From positions 9,672,001-9,736,000 of the forward strand of contig OZ024759.1 in the NCBI GenBank assembly GCA_964016885.1: a DNA stretch of 64,000 bases, in the 5' to 3' direction. Source of the stretch: Eledone cirrhosa. Taxonomy: Eukaryota. The notes beneath the pieces are model-generated. The model made no database searches. It was not told the origin of the DNA and worked only from the letters and a program-made list of their open reading frames with translations. The first letter of the stretch is position 1. Each line of letters starts with the position of its first letter. The translations under genes and the position numbers were made by a program. This document shows positions 1-15,347 of the stretch, in pieces.

Positions 1-290
1 CACCTCTGTTGACCAGAACGTGGACTGTCACCTCTGTTGACCAGAACGTGGACTGTCACCTCTGTTGACCAGAGCGTGGACTGTCACCTCTGTTGACCAG
101 AACATGGGCTGTCACCTCTGTTGACCAGAACGTGGACTGTCACCTCTGTTGACCAGAACGTGGACTGTCACCTCTGTTGACCAGAACATGGACTGTCACC
201 TCTGCTGACCAGAACGTGGACTGTCACCTCTGTTGACCAGAACGTGGACTGTCACCTCTGTTGACCAGAACATAGATTGTCACCTTTGTT
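1..290. repeat. 28-bp minisatellite
   Basis: cacctctgttgaccagaacgtggactgt. Confidence 0.9.
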
Positions 291-339
291 GATAACTTTG
301 AAAGGTTTTGGCCAGTATTAATCCAGGCCATGTCTAACA

Positions 340-2494
340 TAACCCTTCAGCATTTAAACCGACCATATCCAGCCAGAGTTCTGTCACTTCTTTCTGTTCA
401 AACTGGCTGTAACTGGCCACTCATAATATCAAGGATACGGTATTGCTCTCAAAATAAATATCAAAATCTCCTAGATTCAACATTATGTGAGGTAAAGTCT
501 TTTCTGTGAAAATACAATAGTATATATAGAGTAATGTAAATGTTATGTGAGATATTATGTGAGGTAAAGCCTTTACTGTGAAAATACAATAGTATATATA
601 GAGTAATGTAAATGTTATGTGAGATATTATGTGAGGTAAAGCCTTTACTGTGACAATACAATAGTATATATAGAGTAATGTAAATGTTATGTGAGATATT
701 ATGTGAGGTAAAGCCTTTACCATGAAAATACAATAGTATATATAGAGTAATGTAAATGTTATGTGAGATATTATGTGAGGTAAAGCCTTTACTGTGAAAA
801 TACAATAGTATATATAGAGTAATGTAAATGTTATGTGAGATATTGTGTGAGGTAAAGCCTTTACTGTGAAAATACAATAGTATATATAGAGTAATGTAAA
901 TGTTATGTGAGGTATTATGTGAGGTAAAGCCTTTACTGTGAAAATACAATAGTATATATAGAGTAATGTAAATGTGATGTGAGATATTATGTGAGGTAAA
1001 GCCTTTACTGTGACAATACAATAGTATATATAGAGTAATGTAAATGTTATGTGAGGTATTATGTGAGGTAAAGCCTTTACTGTGACAATACAATAGTATA
1101 TATAGAGTAATGTAAATGTTATGTGAGGTATTATGTGAGGTAAAGCCTTTACTGTGACAATACAATAGTATATATAGAGTAATATAAATGTTATGTGAGA
1201 TATTATGTGAGGTAAAGCCTTTACTGTGACAATACAATAGTATATATAGAGTAATGTAAATGTTATGTGAGATATTATGTGAGGTAAAGCCTTTACTGTG
1301 ACAATACAATAGTATATATAGAGTAATGTAAATGTTATGTGAGGTATTATGTGAGGTAAAGCCTTTACTGTGACAATACAATAGTATATATAGAGTAATG
1401 TAAATGTTATGTGAGATATTATGTGAGGTAAAGCCTTTACTGTGACAATACAATAGTATATATAGAGTAATGTAAATGTTATGTGAGATATTATGTGAGG
1501 TAAAGCCTTTACTGTGACAATACAATAGTATATATAGAGTAATGTAAATGTTATGTGAGATATTATGTGAGGTAAAGCCTTTACTGTGACAATACAATAG
1601 TATATATAGAGTAATGTAAATGTTATGTGAGGTATTATGTGAGGTAAAGCCTTTACTGTGACAATACAATAGTATATATAGAGTAATGTAAATGTTATGT
1701 GAGATATTATGAGGTAAAGCCTTTACTGTGAAAATACAATAGTATATATAGAATAATGTAAATGGTATGTGAGGTATTATGTGAGGTAATGTCTTTACTG
1801 TGAAAATACAATAGTATATATAGAGTAATGTAAATGGTATGTGAGGTATTATGTGAGGTAATGTCTTTACTGTGAAAATACAATAGTATATATAGAGTAA
1901 TGTAAATGTTATGTGAGATATTATGTGAGGTAAAGTCTTTACTTTGAAAATACAATAGTATATATAGAGTAATGTAAATGTTATGTGAGGTATTATGTGA
2001 GATAAAGCCTTTACTGTGACAATACAATAGTATATATAGAGTAATGTAAATGTTATGTGAGATATTATGAGGTAAAGCCTTTACTGTGAAAATACAATAG
2101 TATATATAGAGTAATGTAAATGTCATGTGAGATATTATGTGAGGTAAAGTCTTTACTGTGAAAATACAATAGTATATATAGAGTAATGTAAATGGTATGT
2201 GAGGTATTATGTGAGGTAAAGCCTTTACTGTGAAAATACAATAGTATATATAGAGTAATGTAAATGTTATGTGAGGTATTATGTGAGGTAAAGCCTTTAC
2301 TGTGAAAATACAATAGTATATATAGAGTAATGTAAATGCTATGTGAGATATTATGTAAGGTAAAGTCTTTACTGTGAAAATATAATAATATATATAGAGT
2401 AATGTAAATGTCATGTGAGATATTATGTAAGGTAAAGCCTTTACCACAAAAATACAATAGTATATATAGAGTAATGTAAATACTAAATGGTTAA
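340..2494 (-). repeat. 72-bp satellite inside a piggyBac-like MITE
   Basis: MITE ends at 340 and 2494; unit cattactctatatatactattgtatt...ctcacataacattta. Confidence 0.85.
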
Positions 2495-3654
2495 TAACAC
2501 CATCTGATAGAACAGTTATTTCTTGCCTTATATTTCTTTCCTAATTTAAAAGGACAATCTTACATTCCTACATAAATTGGCTGCTTTTTCTTTGTTTCTT
2601 AGTTTTTCTTATTGTTTTCTATTTTTTCTATTTTTTTCATGTGTTTTTTAAATGAAATTCAAAGGAACCTTAAAGGAACGAGGCCTGGAGAGAGACCTAG
2701 AAAAACTTGACCAAGACAGCAATCAAGAGGACAAATTAGAAGTGGAAGAAGAATCTGTGTACGGAATACCTTTCTTACCAAACTTCCTCACTAAACCCTC
2801 AATTGTTCGTTTCTTACCATTTATTCCACCGTATCAGACAAACAGAAACAAAAAAAATGCCAGAAAGAAAGATGGAGAAATATAATCGTTTTTACAAACG
2901 ATATCAATGGAGGTGATCCAATGACAGAAATGGTAGATGAAGGGATTTAATATGTGGTATCTAGTTAAGATCTTTCATGTTCTCTTTTCAAATCCTGCCA
3001 GGATCAAATTTGTCTTTTGTCCCTCTGAGGTAAATAAAATATGTACCAGTCATATATATAAATCAATAATCAATACAATCAACTGCAATGTTCCCTACAA
3101 GTGTATAATTGTCTGCCCATATAAGGAATTGTTATTCTAATTAGAAATATTCAACTTCACTTTTTTATTTTAGTCCTGAATACTAGAAATATCTCGCCCT
3201 TCTCTCTATCTTTCTCCCATACATATATATATGTATGTATGGTCTTGTAACTCCTGCTAGAGTCGTAGTGACGCCATATTGACAGGGTTCTTGGGCATTT
3301 TAAGCCTGGTGGAGCCCATCTCCTCTCCAGGTCTGAGAAGAGCAGATTTCTTCCAGAGAAAGAAAGAAAGAGAGAGAGGGGAAGTGAGAAAGATATATAT
3401 ATATATGGAGAGATAGAGTGAGAGAGAGGGGATGAGGAAGAATCGACCCCAGTACAAGACTGGTACTTTTTTTTTTATTGACCTCAAAAGGATGAAAGGC
3501 AAAGTTGACCTCAGCAAAGTACAGTGAGAGAATGGAATTGAGAAAGAGATATAGAAAAAGAATCGACCCCAGTACAAGACTGGTACTTTTTTTTTATCTA
3601 CCTGGTACTTTTTTTTTATATATATATATATATACATATATATATTTTTATATA

Positions 3655-6295
3655 CCTCTGCCTATATACATGTAAACATATATACATGTAAACATATATA
3701 CATATAAATACCTCTGTCTATATACATGTAAACATATATACATATAAATACACCTGCCTATATACATGTAAACATATATACGTATAAATACATCTGCCTA
3801 TATACATATAAACATCTATACATATAAATACCTCTGCCTATATACATGTAAACATATATACATATAAATACCTCTGTCTATATACATGTAAACATATATA
3901 CATATAAATACATCTGCCTATATACATGTAAACATATATACATATAAATACCTCTGCCTATATACATATAAACATATATACATATAAATACCTCTGCCTA
4001 TATACATATAAACATCTATACATATAAATACCTCTGCCTATATACATGTAAACATATATACATATAAATACATCTGCCTATATACATGTAAACATATATA
4101 CATATAAATACATCTGCCTATATACATGTAAACATATATACATATAAATACCTCTGCCTATATACATGTAAACATATATACATATAAATACCTCTGTCTA
4201 TATACATGTAAACATATATACATATAAATACCTCTGTCTATATACATGTAAACATATATACATATAAATACCTCTGTCTATATACATGTAAACATATATA
4301 CATATAAATACATCTGCCTATATACATGTAAACATATATACATATAAATACATCTGCCTATATACATGTAAACATATATACATATAAATACCTCTGCCTA
4401 TATACATGTAAACATATATACACATAAATACCTCTGCCTATATACATGTAAACATATATACATATAAATACATCTGCCTATATACATGTAAACATATATA
4501 CATATAAATACCTCTGTCTATATACATGTAAACATATATACGTATAAATACCTCTGTCTATATACATGTAAACATATATACATATAAATACCTCTGTCTA
4601 TATACATGTAAACATATATACATATAAATACCTCTGCCTATATATATGTAAACATATATACATGTAAACATATATACATATAAATACCTCTGTCTATATA
4701 CATGTAAACATATATACATGTAAACATATATACATATAAATACCTCTGTCTATATACATATAAATACATCTGCCTATATACATGTAAACATATATACATA
4801 TAAATACATCTGCCTATATACATGTAAACATATATACATATAAATACCTCTGTCTATATACATGTAAACATATATACATATAAATACCTCTGTCTATATA
4901 CATGTAAACATATATACATATAAATACCTCTGTCTATATACATGTAAACATATATACATATAAATACCTCTGTCTATATACATGTAAACATATATACATA
5001 TAAACATATATACATATAATACCTCTGCCTATATACATGTAAACATATATACATATAAATACACCTGCCTATATACATGTAAACATATATACATATAAAT
5101 ACCTCTGCCTATATACATGTAAACATATATACATGTAGACATATATACATATAATACCTCTGCCTATATACATGTAAACATATATACGTATAAATACCTC
5201 TGCCTATATACATATAAACATATATACGTATAAATACCTCTGCCTATATACATGTAAACATATATACGTAAAAATACCTCTGCCTATATACATGTAGACA
5301 TATATACATATAAACATATATACATATAAATACACCTGCCTATATACATGTAAACATATATACATGTAGACATATATACGTATAAATACCTTTGCCTGTA
5401 TACATGTAAACATATATACGTATAAACATATATACATATAATACCTCTGCCTATATACATGTAAACATATATACGTATAAATATCTCTGCCTATATACAT
5501 GTAAACATATATACATATAAATACACCTGCCTATATACATGTAAACATATATACGTATAAATACATCTGCCTATATACATGTAAACATATATACATATAA
5601 ATACACCTGCCTATATACATGTAAACATATATACGTATAAATACATCTGCCTATATACATGTAAACATATATACGTATAAATACACCTGCCTATATACAT
5701 GTAAACATATATACATATAAATACCTCTGCCTATATACATGTAAACATATATACGTATAATACCTCTGCCTATATACATGTAAACATATATACGTATAAA
5801 TACCTCTGCCTATATACATGTAAACATATATACATATAATACCTCTGCCTATATACATGTAAACATATATACGTAAACATACCTCTGCCTATATACATGT
5901 AAACATATATACGTAAACATACCTCTGCCTATATACATGTAAACATATATACATATAAATACCTCTGCCTATATACATGTAAACATATATACGTAAACAT
6001 ACCTCTGCCTATATACATGTAAACATATATACGTATAAATACCTCTGCCTATATACATGTAAACATATATACATGTAAACATATATACGTATAAATACCT
6101 CTGCCTATATACATGTAAACATATATACATGTAAACATATATACGTATAAATACCTCTGCCTATATACATGTAAACATATATACATGTAAACATATATAC
6201 GTATAAATACCTCTGCCTATATACATGTAAACATATATACATATAAATACCTCTGCCTATATACATGTAAACATATATACATATAAATACATCTC
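3655..6295. repeat. 40-bp AT-rich minisatellite
   Basis: cctctgcctatatacatgtaaacatatatacatataaata. Confidence 0.9.
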
Positions 6296-6973
6296 CACCA
6301 TAAAAGCTGCAGAATGGAATATTGGCAACTTGCTGATTGAGCAGGCTATTCTTATTAATAAATCCAAACTCTCTATCAACAACAAACGATACTGCACAGA
6401 ACTGCTTGGCTGGCATAACACTTCCAACCTGTGCATGTTGAAATATTGAAATATAAAGTATAAACCATTATTTCTGTTTTCCTTTTGTTTGAACAGGTTT
6501 GTTATGAACTTGCATGCTTTTGGCTTACTAAATCCCTTACACACACCCACACACATAATACTAATAATAATAATAATAATAATTGTTTCTACTATTGGCA
6601 CAAGGCCAGAAATTATCCAGTACATTACTGGTACTTTATTTTATCGACCTCGTAAGGATGAAAGGCAAAGTTAACCTCGGCGGGATTTGAACTCAGAATG
6701 GCAAGGGCCGTAACTCTATGCGTCAAAGCATGGCATCCGAACCTCTACCGATACTGCCAAATAATAATAATTGTTTCTACTTTTGGCACAAGGCCAGCAA
6801 TTACCCAGTGTATTACTGGTACTTTATTTTATCGACCCCATAAGGATGAAAGGCAAAGTTAACCTCGGCGGGATTTGAACTCAGAATGGCAAGGGCCGTA
6901 ACTCTATGCGTCAAAGCATGGCGTCCGACCCTCTACCGATACTGCCAATCCACTGAAATAATAATAATAATAG

Positions 6974-7535
6974 TGATAGGCAGGGTGATTCACTGGCCTC
7001 TATGCAAAGTAAACAATTTACCACATTCTGAGAAGTGGTATGAGCATAAGCGAGAGTCGGTGATAGAAAACGATCAAGTGGAGGTGCTGTGGGATTTTAG
7101 GATACAGACGGACAAGAAATTAGAACACAATAGGCCTGACCTGGTGGTTTTGGACAAGGAAAAAAGATTGTGCCTGATAGTAGATGTAGCTTGCCCCTTT
7201 GACACGAGAGTGCAAGAAAAGGAGAGGGAGAAAATTAACCGATACCAGGACTTAAAGTGTGAGTTAAAAAGATTTGGAACTGCCATGAAATCAAAGTCGC
7301 CCCGATTGTCATAGGGACACTAGGTACTATCTCAAGGAGTTTCCAAGGATGGTTAAAGAAGATTAGTCCAGCCCCGCTTTTTGGAACACTTCAAAAGGCA
7401 TGCTTGCTGGGAACAGCAAGAACCCTCCGATACGTCATGAATATCTGAGGCTGCAGGTAGTGGCTTGATATTCATTTCAACAAACTTTCCAGTTAAATAA
7501 CATCAATGACTGAGACTCAAAGAACAATAATAAAT
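6974..7535 (+). mobile_element. R4/Dong-like non-LTR retrotransposon 3' fragment (restriction-like endonuclease)
   Basis: LWDFRIQTD...NRPDLVVLDK...IVDVACPFD...KINRY motif; starts next to a (TAA)n run. Confidence 0.8.
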
Positions 7536-7694
7536 GTGAACAAAGAATCAAAACGTTTTTAAACTGGTGGTGGGGTGGGGGCTGGCCTGACAAACAATGA
7601 ACTGCTGAAGAATACAGAAAGAAAGAAAAGAAAGAAATTATTATTATGCAAGCGATATAGTAGGGGCCAAATACTTAATACTAGTGAAAAGCAT

Positions 7695-8020
7695 CCAGTC
7701 CACATGTAACGACCATGTTTCACTACCTTGTAGCATTCTACCACATGTAACGACCATGTCTCACTAATATGTAGCATCCCACCATGTGTAACAACCACGT
7801 TTCACTACCATGTAGCATCCTACCACATGTGCCGACCACCTTTCACCATCCTACCACATGTATCGACCATGTTTCGCTACCATGTAGCATCATACCACAC
7901 GCATCGGTCATGTTTCACTACCATGTAGCATCATACCACATGTAGTGACCATTTCCCACTACCATGTAGCACCCTACCACATGTGGTGACCATTTTTCAC
8001 TACCATGTAGCATCCTAACT
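7695..8020. repeat. Diverged about 41-bp minisatellite
   Basis: accatgtagcatcctaccacatgt...gaccatgtttcact. Confidence 0.7.
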
Positions 8021-8454
8021 CATACGGGCATTATATAATCTTATAGAGCGGTGGATTGGCAGAATCGGTAGAGCATCAGACACTATGCTTTGCAGCATAG
8101 AGTTATGGCTCTTTACGTTCTGATTTCAAATCCCGCCGAGGTAAGTTTTGCCTTTCAAACTTAAGGGGTTGATAAAATAAAGTACCAGTAATGAACTGGG
8201 GTTGATTTAATCCAACTCTTTGGTTGATGTTATACTTTCAGAGCATTCCTCTCCATTTCTAGTTAGGTCACCATCATCATCATCATCATCATCATTTTAC
8301 GTCCGCTTTTCCCTGCTTGCAAGGGTGGGACGGGTCTTATTCAGCACAGCATCTTTCCACTCGTCACGGTCCTTCATCATCTCCACCGTGAGCTTCAATG
8401 ATCTGAGGTCTGTTCTCAACACCTCACCTTCATAACAATCTAAAGTCTGTCTCA

Positions 8455-10095
8455 AGCCTGGAGGGTCCTCAGGCCGGCACTTATCCTGGTTTCCATGGTG
8501 TTAAGCGACTGAGAGTACAATATTCCCCCCGGATAGGATGCCAGTCCATCGCAGGGTTAACCCTTTAGCATTCACATTACTCTATATCTACTATTGTATT
8601 TTCGCAGTAAAGTCTTTACCTCACATAATTATTCACATCGAATCCATGAGATTTTGATGATGATATTATTTACTTTGAAAACAAGACCTTAACATCAGTA
8701 TGTGTGGCTAGTTACGGTCGGTTTGAACAGAAAGAGATGAGAGAATTCTGGCCGGATATGGCCGGTTTAAACTCCCCAGCTATTGCTGGTACTCATTTTC
8801 AGTTGAGTTTACTGGAGCAACATGAAATGAAGTGTTTTGCTCAAGAACATAACACAGTCCAGGAATTGAATACACAGTGCTATGGTCATAAGTCCAACAC
8901 TCTTACCACTAGGCCACACAACCCAGTCCAGGAATCAAACCCATGGCATCATGATGCTAAGTCCAACACTCTTACCACTAGGCCACACAACCCAGTCCAG
9001 GAATCAAACCCATGGCATCATGATGCTAAGTCCAACACTCTTACCACTAGGCCACACAACCCAGTCCAGGAATCAAACCCATGGCATCATGATGCTAAGT
9101 CCAACACTCTTACCACTAGGCCACACAACCCAGTCCAGGAATCAAACCCATGGCATCATGATGCTAAGTCCAACACTCTTACCACTAGGCCACACAACCC
9201 AGTCCAGGAATCAAACCCATGGCATCATGATGCTAAGTCCAACACTCTTACCACTAGGCCACACAACCCAGTCCAGGAATCAAACCCATGGCATCATGAT
9301 GCTAAGTCCAACACTCTTACCACTAGGCCACACAACCAAGTCCAGGAATCAAACCCATGGCATCATGATGCTAAGTCCAACACTCTTACCACTAGGCCAC
9401 ACAACCCAGTCCAGGAATCAAACCCATGGCATCATGATGCTAAGTCCAACACTCTTACCACTAGGCCACACAACCCAGTCCAGGAATCAAACCCATGGCA
9501 TCATGATGCTAAGTCCAACACTCTTACCACTAGGCCACACAACCCAGTCCAGGAATCAAACCCATGGCATCATGATGCTAAGTCCAACACTCTTACCACT
9601 AGGCCACACAACCAAGTCCAGGAATCAAACCCATGGCATCATGATGCTAAGTCCAACACTCTTACCACTAGGCCACACAACCCAGTCCAGGAATCAAACC
9701 CATGGCATCATGATGCTAAGTCCAACACTCTTACCACTAGGCCACACAACCCAGTCCAGGAATCAAACCCATGGCATCATGATGCTAAGTCCAACACTCT
9801 TACCACTAGGCCACACAACCCAGTCCAGGAATCAAACCCATGGCATCATGATGCTAAGTCCAACACTCTTACCACTAGGCCACACAACCCAGTCCAGGAA
9901 TCAAACCCATGGCATCATGATGCTAGGTCCAACACTCTTACCACTAGGCCACACAACCCAGTCCAGGAATCAAACCCATGGCATCATGATGCTAGGTCCA
10001 ACACTCTTACCACTAGGCCACACAACCCAGTCCAGGAATCAAACCCATGGCATCATGATGCTAAGTCCAACACTCTTACTATTAGGCTGCGTGCT
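8455..10095 (-). mobile_element. tRNA-derived SINE with head amplified as about 18 x 69-bp units (8857-10090) and a MITE inserted at 8557-8771
   Basis: Unit on minus strand has A-box TGGCCTAGTGG and B-box-like GGTTTGATTCC; body resembles SINE copies at 49176 and 53091. Confidence 0.75.
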
Positions 10096-10159
10096 TCCAT
10101 AACAGAAACTATCAGTTACTTCTATGGAGCTTTTGGAATATTTGAAAGAATTCATTAGT

Positions 10160-12320
10160 GGCTGAAATGGGGTTCCTCTGAAGAGTTTTTGGTGTATTGT
10201 TACTTGATAAGGTGTAGCTTAGAGATCAGAGAGTCACTCCAGGTAGAACTACTACATCTCCAAATTGAGAGATCACAGTTCCGATACTATGGAGGGCATG
10301 TGGTTAGAATGTCTGAGGAGAGATCACAGCTCCGATACTATGGGCATGTGGTTAGAATGTCTGAGGAGAGATCACAGCTCCGATACTATGGGCATGTGGT
10401 TAGAATGTCTGAGGAGAGATCACAGCTCCGATACTATGGGCATGTGGTTAGAATGTCTGAGGAGAGATCACAGCTCCGATACTATGGGCATGTGGTTAGA
10501 ATGTCTGAGGAGAGATCACAGCTCCGATACTATGGGCATGTGGTTAGAATGTCTGAGGAGGGATCACAGCTTCAATACTATGGATATGTGGTTAGAATGT
10601 CTGAGGAGAGATCACAGCTCCAATACTATGGACATGTGGTTAGAATGTCTGAGGAGAGATCACAGCTCCAATACTATGGACATGTGGTTAGAATGTCTGA
10701 GGAGAGATCACAGCTCCAATACTATGGACATGTGGTTAGAATGTCTTAGGAGAGATCACAGCTTCAATACTATGGACATGTGGTTAGAATGTCTGAGGAG
10801 AGATCACAGCTCCAATACTATAGACATGTGGTTAGAATGTCTTAGGAGAGATCACAGCTTCAATACTATGGACATGTGGTTAGAATGTCTGAGGAGGGAT
10901 CACAGCTCCAATACTATGGACATGTGGTTAGAATGTCTGAGGAGAGATCACAGCTCCAATACTATGGACATGTGGTTAGAATGTCTGAGGAGAGATCACA
11001 GCTCCAATACTATGGACATGTGGTTAGAATGTCTGAGGAGAGATCACAGCTCCAATACTATGGACATGTGGTTAGAATGTCTTAGGAGAGATCACAGCTT
11101 CAATACTATGGACATGTGGTTAGAATGTCTGAGGAGAGATCACAGCTCCAATACTATAGACATGTGGTTAGAATGTCTTAGGAGAGATCACAGCTTCAAT
11201 ACTATGGACATGTGGTTAGAATGTCTGAGGAGGGATCACAGCTCCAATACTATGGACATGTGGTTAGAATGTCTGAGGAGGGATCACAGCTCCAATACTA
11301 TGGACATGTGGTTAGAATGTCTGAGGAGGGATCACAGCTCCAATACTATGGACATGTGGTTAGAATGTCTGAGGAGAGATCACAGCTCCAATACTATGGA
11401 CATGTGGTTAGAATGTCTGAGGAGGGATCACAGCTCCAATACTATGGACATGTGGTTAGAATGTCTGAGGAGAGATCACAGCTCCAATACTATGGACATG
11501 TGGTTAGAATGTCTGAGGAGAGATCACAGCTCCAATACTATGGACATGTGGTTAGAATGTCTGAGGAGGGATCACAGCTTCAATACTATGGACATGTGGT
11601 TAGAATGTCTTAGGAGAGATCACAGCTCCAATACTATGGACATGTGGTTAGAATGTCTGAGGAGGGATCACAGCTCCAATACTATGGACATGTGGTTAGA
11701 ATGTCTGAGGAGAGATCACAGCTCCAATACTATGGACATGTGGTTAGAATGTCTTAGGAGGATCACAGCTCCAATACTATGGACATGTGGTTAGAATGTC
11801 TGAGGAGGGATCACAGCTTCAATACTATGGACATGTGGTTAGAATGTCTGAGGAGAGATCACAGCTCCAATACTATGGAGGACATGTGGTTAGAATGTCT
11901 GAGGAGAGATCACAGCTCCAATACTATGGAGGACATGTGGTTAGAATGTCTGAGGAGAGATCACAGCTCCGATACTATGGAGGGCATGTGGTTAGAATGT
12001 CTGAGGAGAGATCACAGCTCCGATACTATGGAGGACATGTGGTTAGAATGTCTGAGGAGAGATCACAGCTCCGATACTATGGAGGACATGTGGTTAGAAT
12101 GTCTGAGGAAAGAATTGGTGGACAGATTTTACAGGCAAAATCAACTGGCAGGAGACCCAGGGGTAAACTCTGAACAAGATGGTTGGATAACATCCATGAC
12201 CTTGGCTGGTTTCACTGGGGGATCCAGCCAGATCCATTGGAGATGGTTGCTTTTGACAGGACCCGCTGGAAGGAATGTTTGAGGACTCTGCCCCCATGAC
12301 CCTCCCAGGAATAAGTGGGT
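10160..12320 (+). mobile_element. RTE/Rex3-like 3' remnant whose RSQLRYYGHVVRMSEE segment is expanded into a 42-bp satellite (about 10265-12110)
   Basis: Flanks read LEIRESLQVELLHLQIERSQ before and QILQAKSTGRRPRGK after the array. Confidence 0.8.
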
Positions 12321-12442
12321 GGTGAAGAAGGACAAGGAGAAAGAGGGGGAGGAGGTAGTCATACTGGTAATTATTCTCTCTGTATTTCTTCCAATATCTG
12401 AAGTCTTTCTTTTATGTTAGCCAGCCTGTGACTCCACTACAT

Positions 12443-15347
12443 CAGGGGCATGTAACCGGTGTCCTGTAGGCCACAATCCGGCCCACTGGACCAGTTAGAG
12501 TGGCCCACAATGACCGTTTTCAATTTTTACCTTGTAGGCGTATTTAGAATTGTTTTTGTAACTGTAATACTTCTGTTAGTTGACCTATACTACAGGGCTT
12601 CACTTATAGGGTTATGTGTTATAATTTCCCAGTTGACCTATACTAAAGGGCTTCACTGATAGGGTTATGTGTTATAATTTCCCAGTTGACCTATACTAAA
12701 GGGCCTCACTGATAGGGTTATGTGTTATAATTTCCCAGTTGACCTATACTAAAGGGCTTCACTGATAGGGTTATGTGTTATAATTTCCCAGTTGACCTAT
12801 ACTAAAGGGCTTCACTGATAGGGTTATATGTGTTATAGTTTCCCAGTTGACCTATACTAAAGGGCCTCACTGATAGGGTTGTGTAATATAATTTCCCAGT
12901 TGACCTATACTAAAGGGCTTCACTGATAGGGTTGTGTGTTATAATTTCTCAGTTGACCTATACTACAGGGCTTCACTTATAGGGTTGTGTGTTATAATTT
13001 CTCAGTTGACCTATACTAAAGGGCCTCACTGATAGGGTTGTGTGTTATAATTTCTCAGTTGACCTATACTACAGGGCTTCACTTATAGGGTTGTGTGTTA
13101 TAATTTCTCAGTTGACCTATACTACAGGGCTTCACTTATAGGGTTGTGTGTGTTATAATTTCCCAGTTGACCTATACTACAGGGCTTCACTTATAGGGTT
13201 ATATGTGTTATAATTTCTCAGTTGACCTATACTAAAGGGCCTCACTGATAGGGTTGTGTGTTATAATTTCCCAGTTGACCTATACTACAGGGCTTCACTT
13301 ATAGGGTTGTGTGTTATAATTTCCCAGTTGACCTATACTACAGGGCTTCACTTATAGGGTTGTGTGTTATAATTTCTCAGTTGACCTATACTACAGGGCT
13401 TCACTTATAGGGTTGTGTGTTATAATTTCTCAGTTGACCTATACTACAGGGCTTCACTTATAGGGTTGTGTGTTATAATTTCCCAGTTGACCTATACTAA
13501 AGGGCCTCACTGATAGGGTTATATGTGTTATAATTTCTCAGTTGACCTATACTAAAGGGCCTCACTGATAGGGTTATATGTGTTATAATTTCCCAGTTGA
13601 CCTATACTAAAGGGCTTCACTGATAGGGTTGTGTGTTATAATTTCCCAGTTGACCTATACTAAAGGGCTTCACTGATAGGGTTATGTGTGTTATAGTTTC
13701 CCAGTTGACCTATACTAAAGGGCTTCACTGATAGGGTTATGTGTGTTATAATTCCCCAGTTGACCTATACTAAAGGGCTTCACTGATAGGGTTATGTGTT
13801 ATAATTTCCCAGTTGACCTATACTAAAGGGCCTCACTGATAGGGTTGTGTGTGTTATAATTTCCCAGTTGACCTATACTAAAGGGCTTCACTGATAGGGT
13901 TATGTATGTTATAATTTCCCAGTTGACCTATACTAAAGGGCTTCACTGATAGGGTTGTGTGTTATAATTTCCCAGTTGACCTATACTAAAGGGCTTCACT
14001 GATAGGGTTATGTATGTTATAATTTCCCAGTTGACCTATACTCAGGGCTTCACTGATAGGGTTGTGTGTGTTATAATTTCCCAGTTGACCTATACTAAAG
14101 GGCTTCACTGATAGGGTTATGTATGTTATAATTTCCCAGTTGACCTATACTAAAGGGCTTCACTGATAGGGTTATGTGTGTTATAATTTCCCAGTTGACC
14201 TATACTAAAGGGCTTCACTGATAGGGTTGTGTGTGTTATAATTTCCCAGTTGACCTATACTAAAGGGCTTCACTGATAGGGTTATGTATGTTATAATTTC
14301 CCAGTTGACCTATACTAAAGGGCTTCACTGATAGGGTTATGTGTGTTATAATTTCCCAGTTGACCTATACTAAAGGGCTTCACTGATAGGGTTATATGTT
14401 ATAATTTCCCAGTTGACCTATACTAAAGGGCTTTACTGATAGGGTTATGTGTTATAATTTCCCAGTTGACCTATACTAAAGGGCTTCACTGATAGGGTTA
14501 TGTATGTTATAATTTCCCAGTTGACCTATACTAAAGGGCTTCACTGATAGGGTTATGTGTGTTATAATTTCCCAGTTGACCTATACTAAAGGGCTTCACT
14601 GATAGGGTTATATGTTATAATTTCCCAGTTGACCTATACTAAAGGGCTTTACTGATAGGGTTATGTGTTATAATTTCCCAGTTGACCTATACTAAAGGGC
14701 TTCACTGATAGGGTTTGTGTGTGTTATAATTTCCCAGTTGACCTATACTAAAGGGCTTCACTGATAGGGTTATATGTGTTATAATTTCCCAGTTGACCTA
14801 TACTAAAGGGCTTAACTGATAGGGTTGTGTGTGTTATTATTTCCCAATTGACCTATACTAAAGGGCTTCATTGATAGGGTTATATGTTATAATTTCCCAG
14901 TTTGACTTATACTAAAGGACTTCACTGATAGGGTTGTGTGTGTTATAATTTCCCAGTTGACCTATACTAAAGGGCTTCACTGATAGGGTTGTGTGTGTTA
15001 TAATTTCCCAGTTGACCTATACTACAGGGCTTCACTGATAGGGTTATATGTTATAATTTCCCAGTTGACCTATACTAAAGGGCTTCACTGATAGGGTTGT
15101 GTGTGTTATTATTTCCCAATTGACCTATACTAAAGGGCTTCATTGATAGGGTTATATGTTATAATTTCCCAGTTGACCTATACTAAAGGGCCTCACTGAT
15201 AGGGTTATATGTGTTATTTCCCAGTTCCATGTTATGCAAAGAAGTTGTGGGGAATCTTTGGAATAGTGTTTAGTAAATATTAATGGCCCTAATAGTTGTT
15301 GCAATCTTCAAAAGTGGCCTGCCAATAGAATATGTTGCACACCCCTG
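12443..15347. mobile_element. hAT (Charlie-like) MITE containing a 53-55-bp satellite (about 12575-15225)
   Basis: TIRs caggggcatgtaac / gttgcacacccctg; degenerate nnnTAnnn flanks. Confidence 0.7.

Noticed and set aside
2835-2960. GPCR TM7-like ILNPFIY on the minus strand
   Set aside because: An isolated short motif with no other helices or exons; likely chance
6296-6428. Minus-strand host exon
   Set aside because: No partner exons found; the plus strand reads LLIEQAILINKSKLSINNK, like a Penelope GIY-YIG C-terminus
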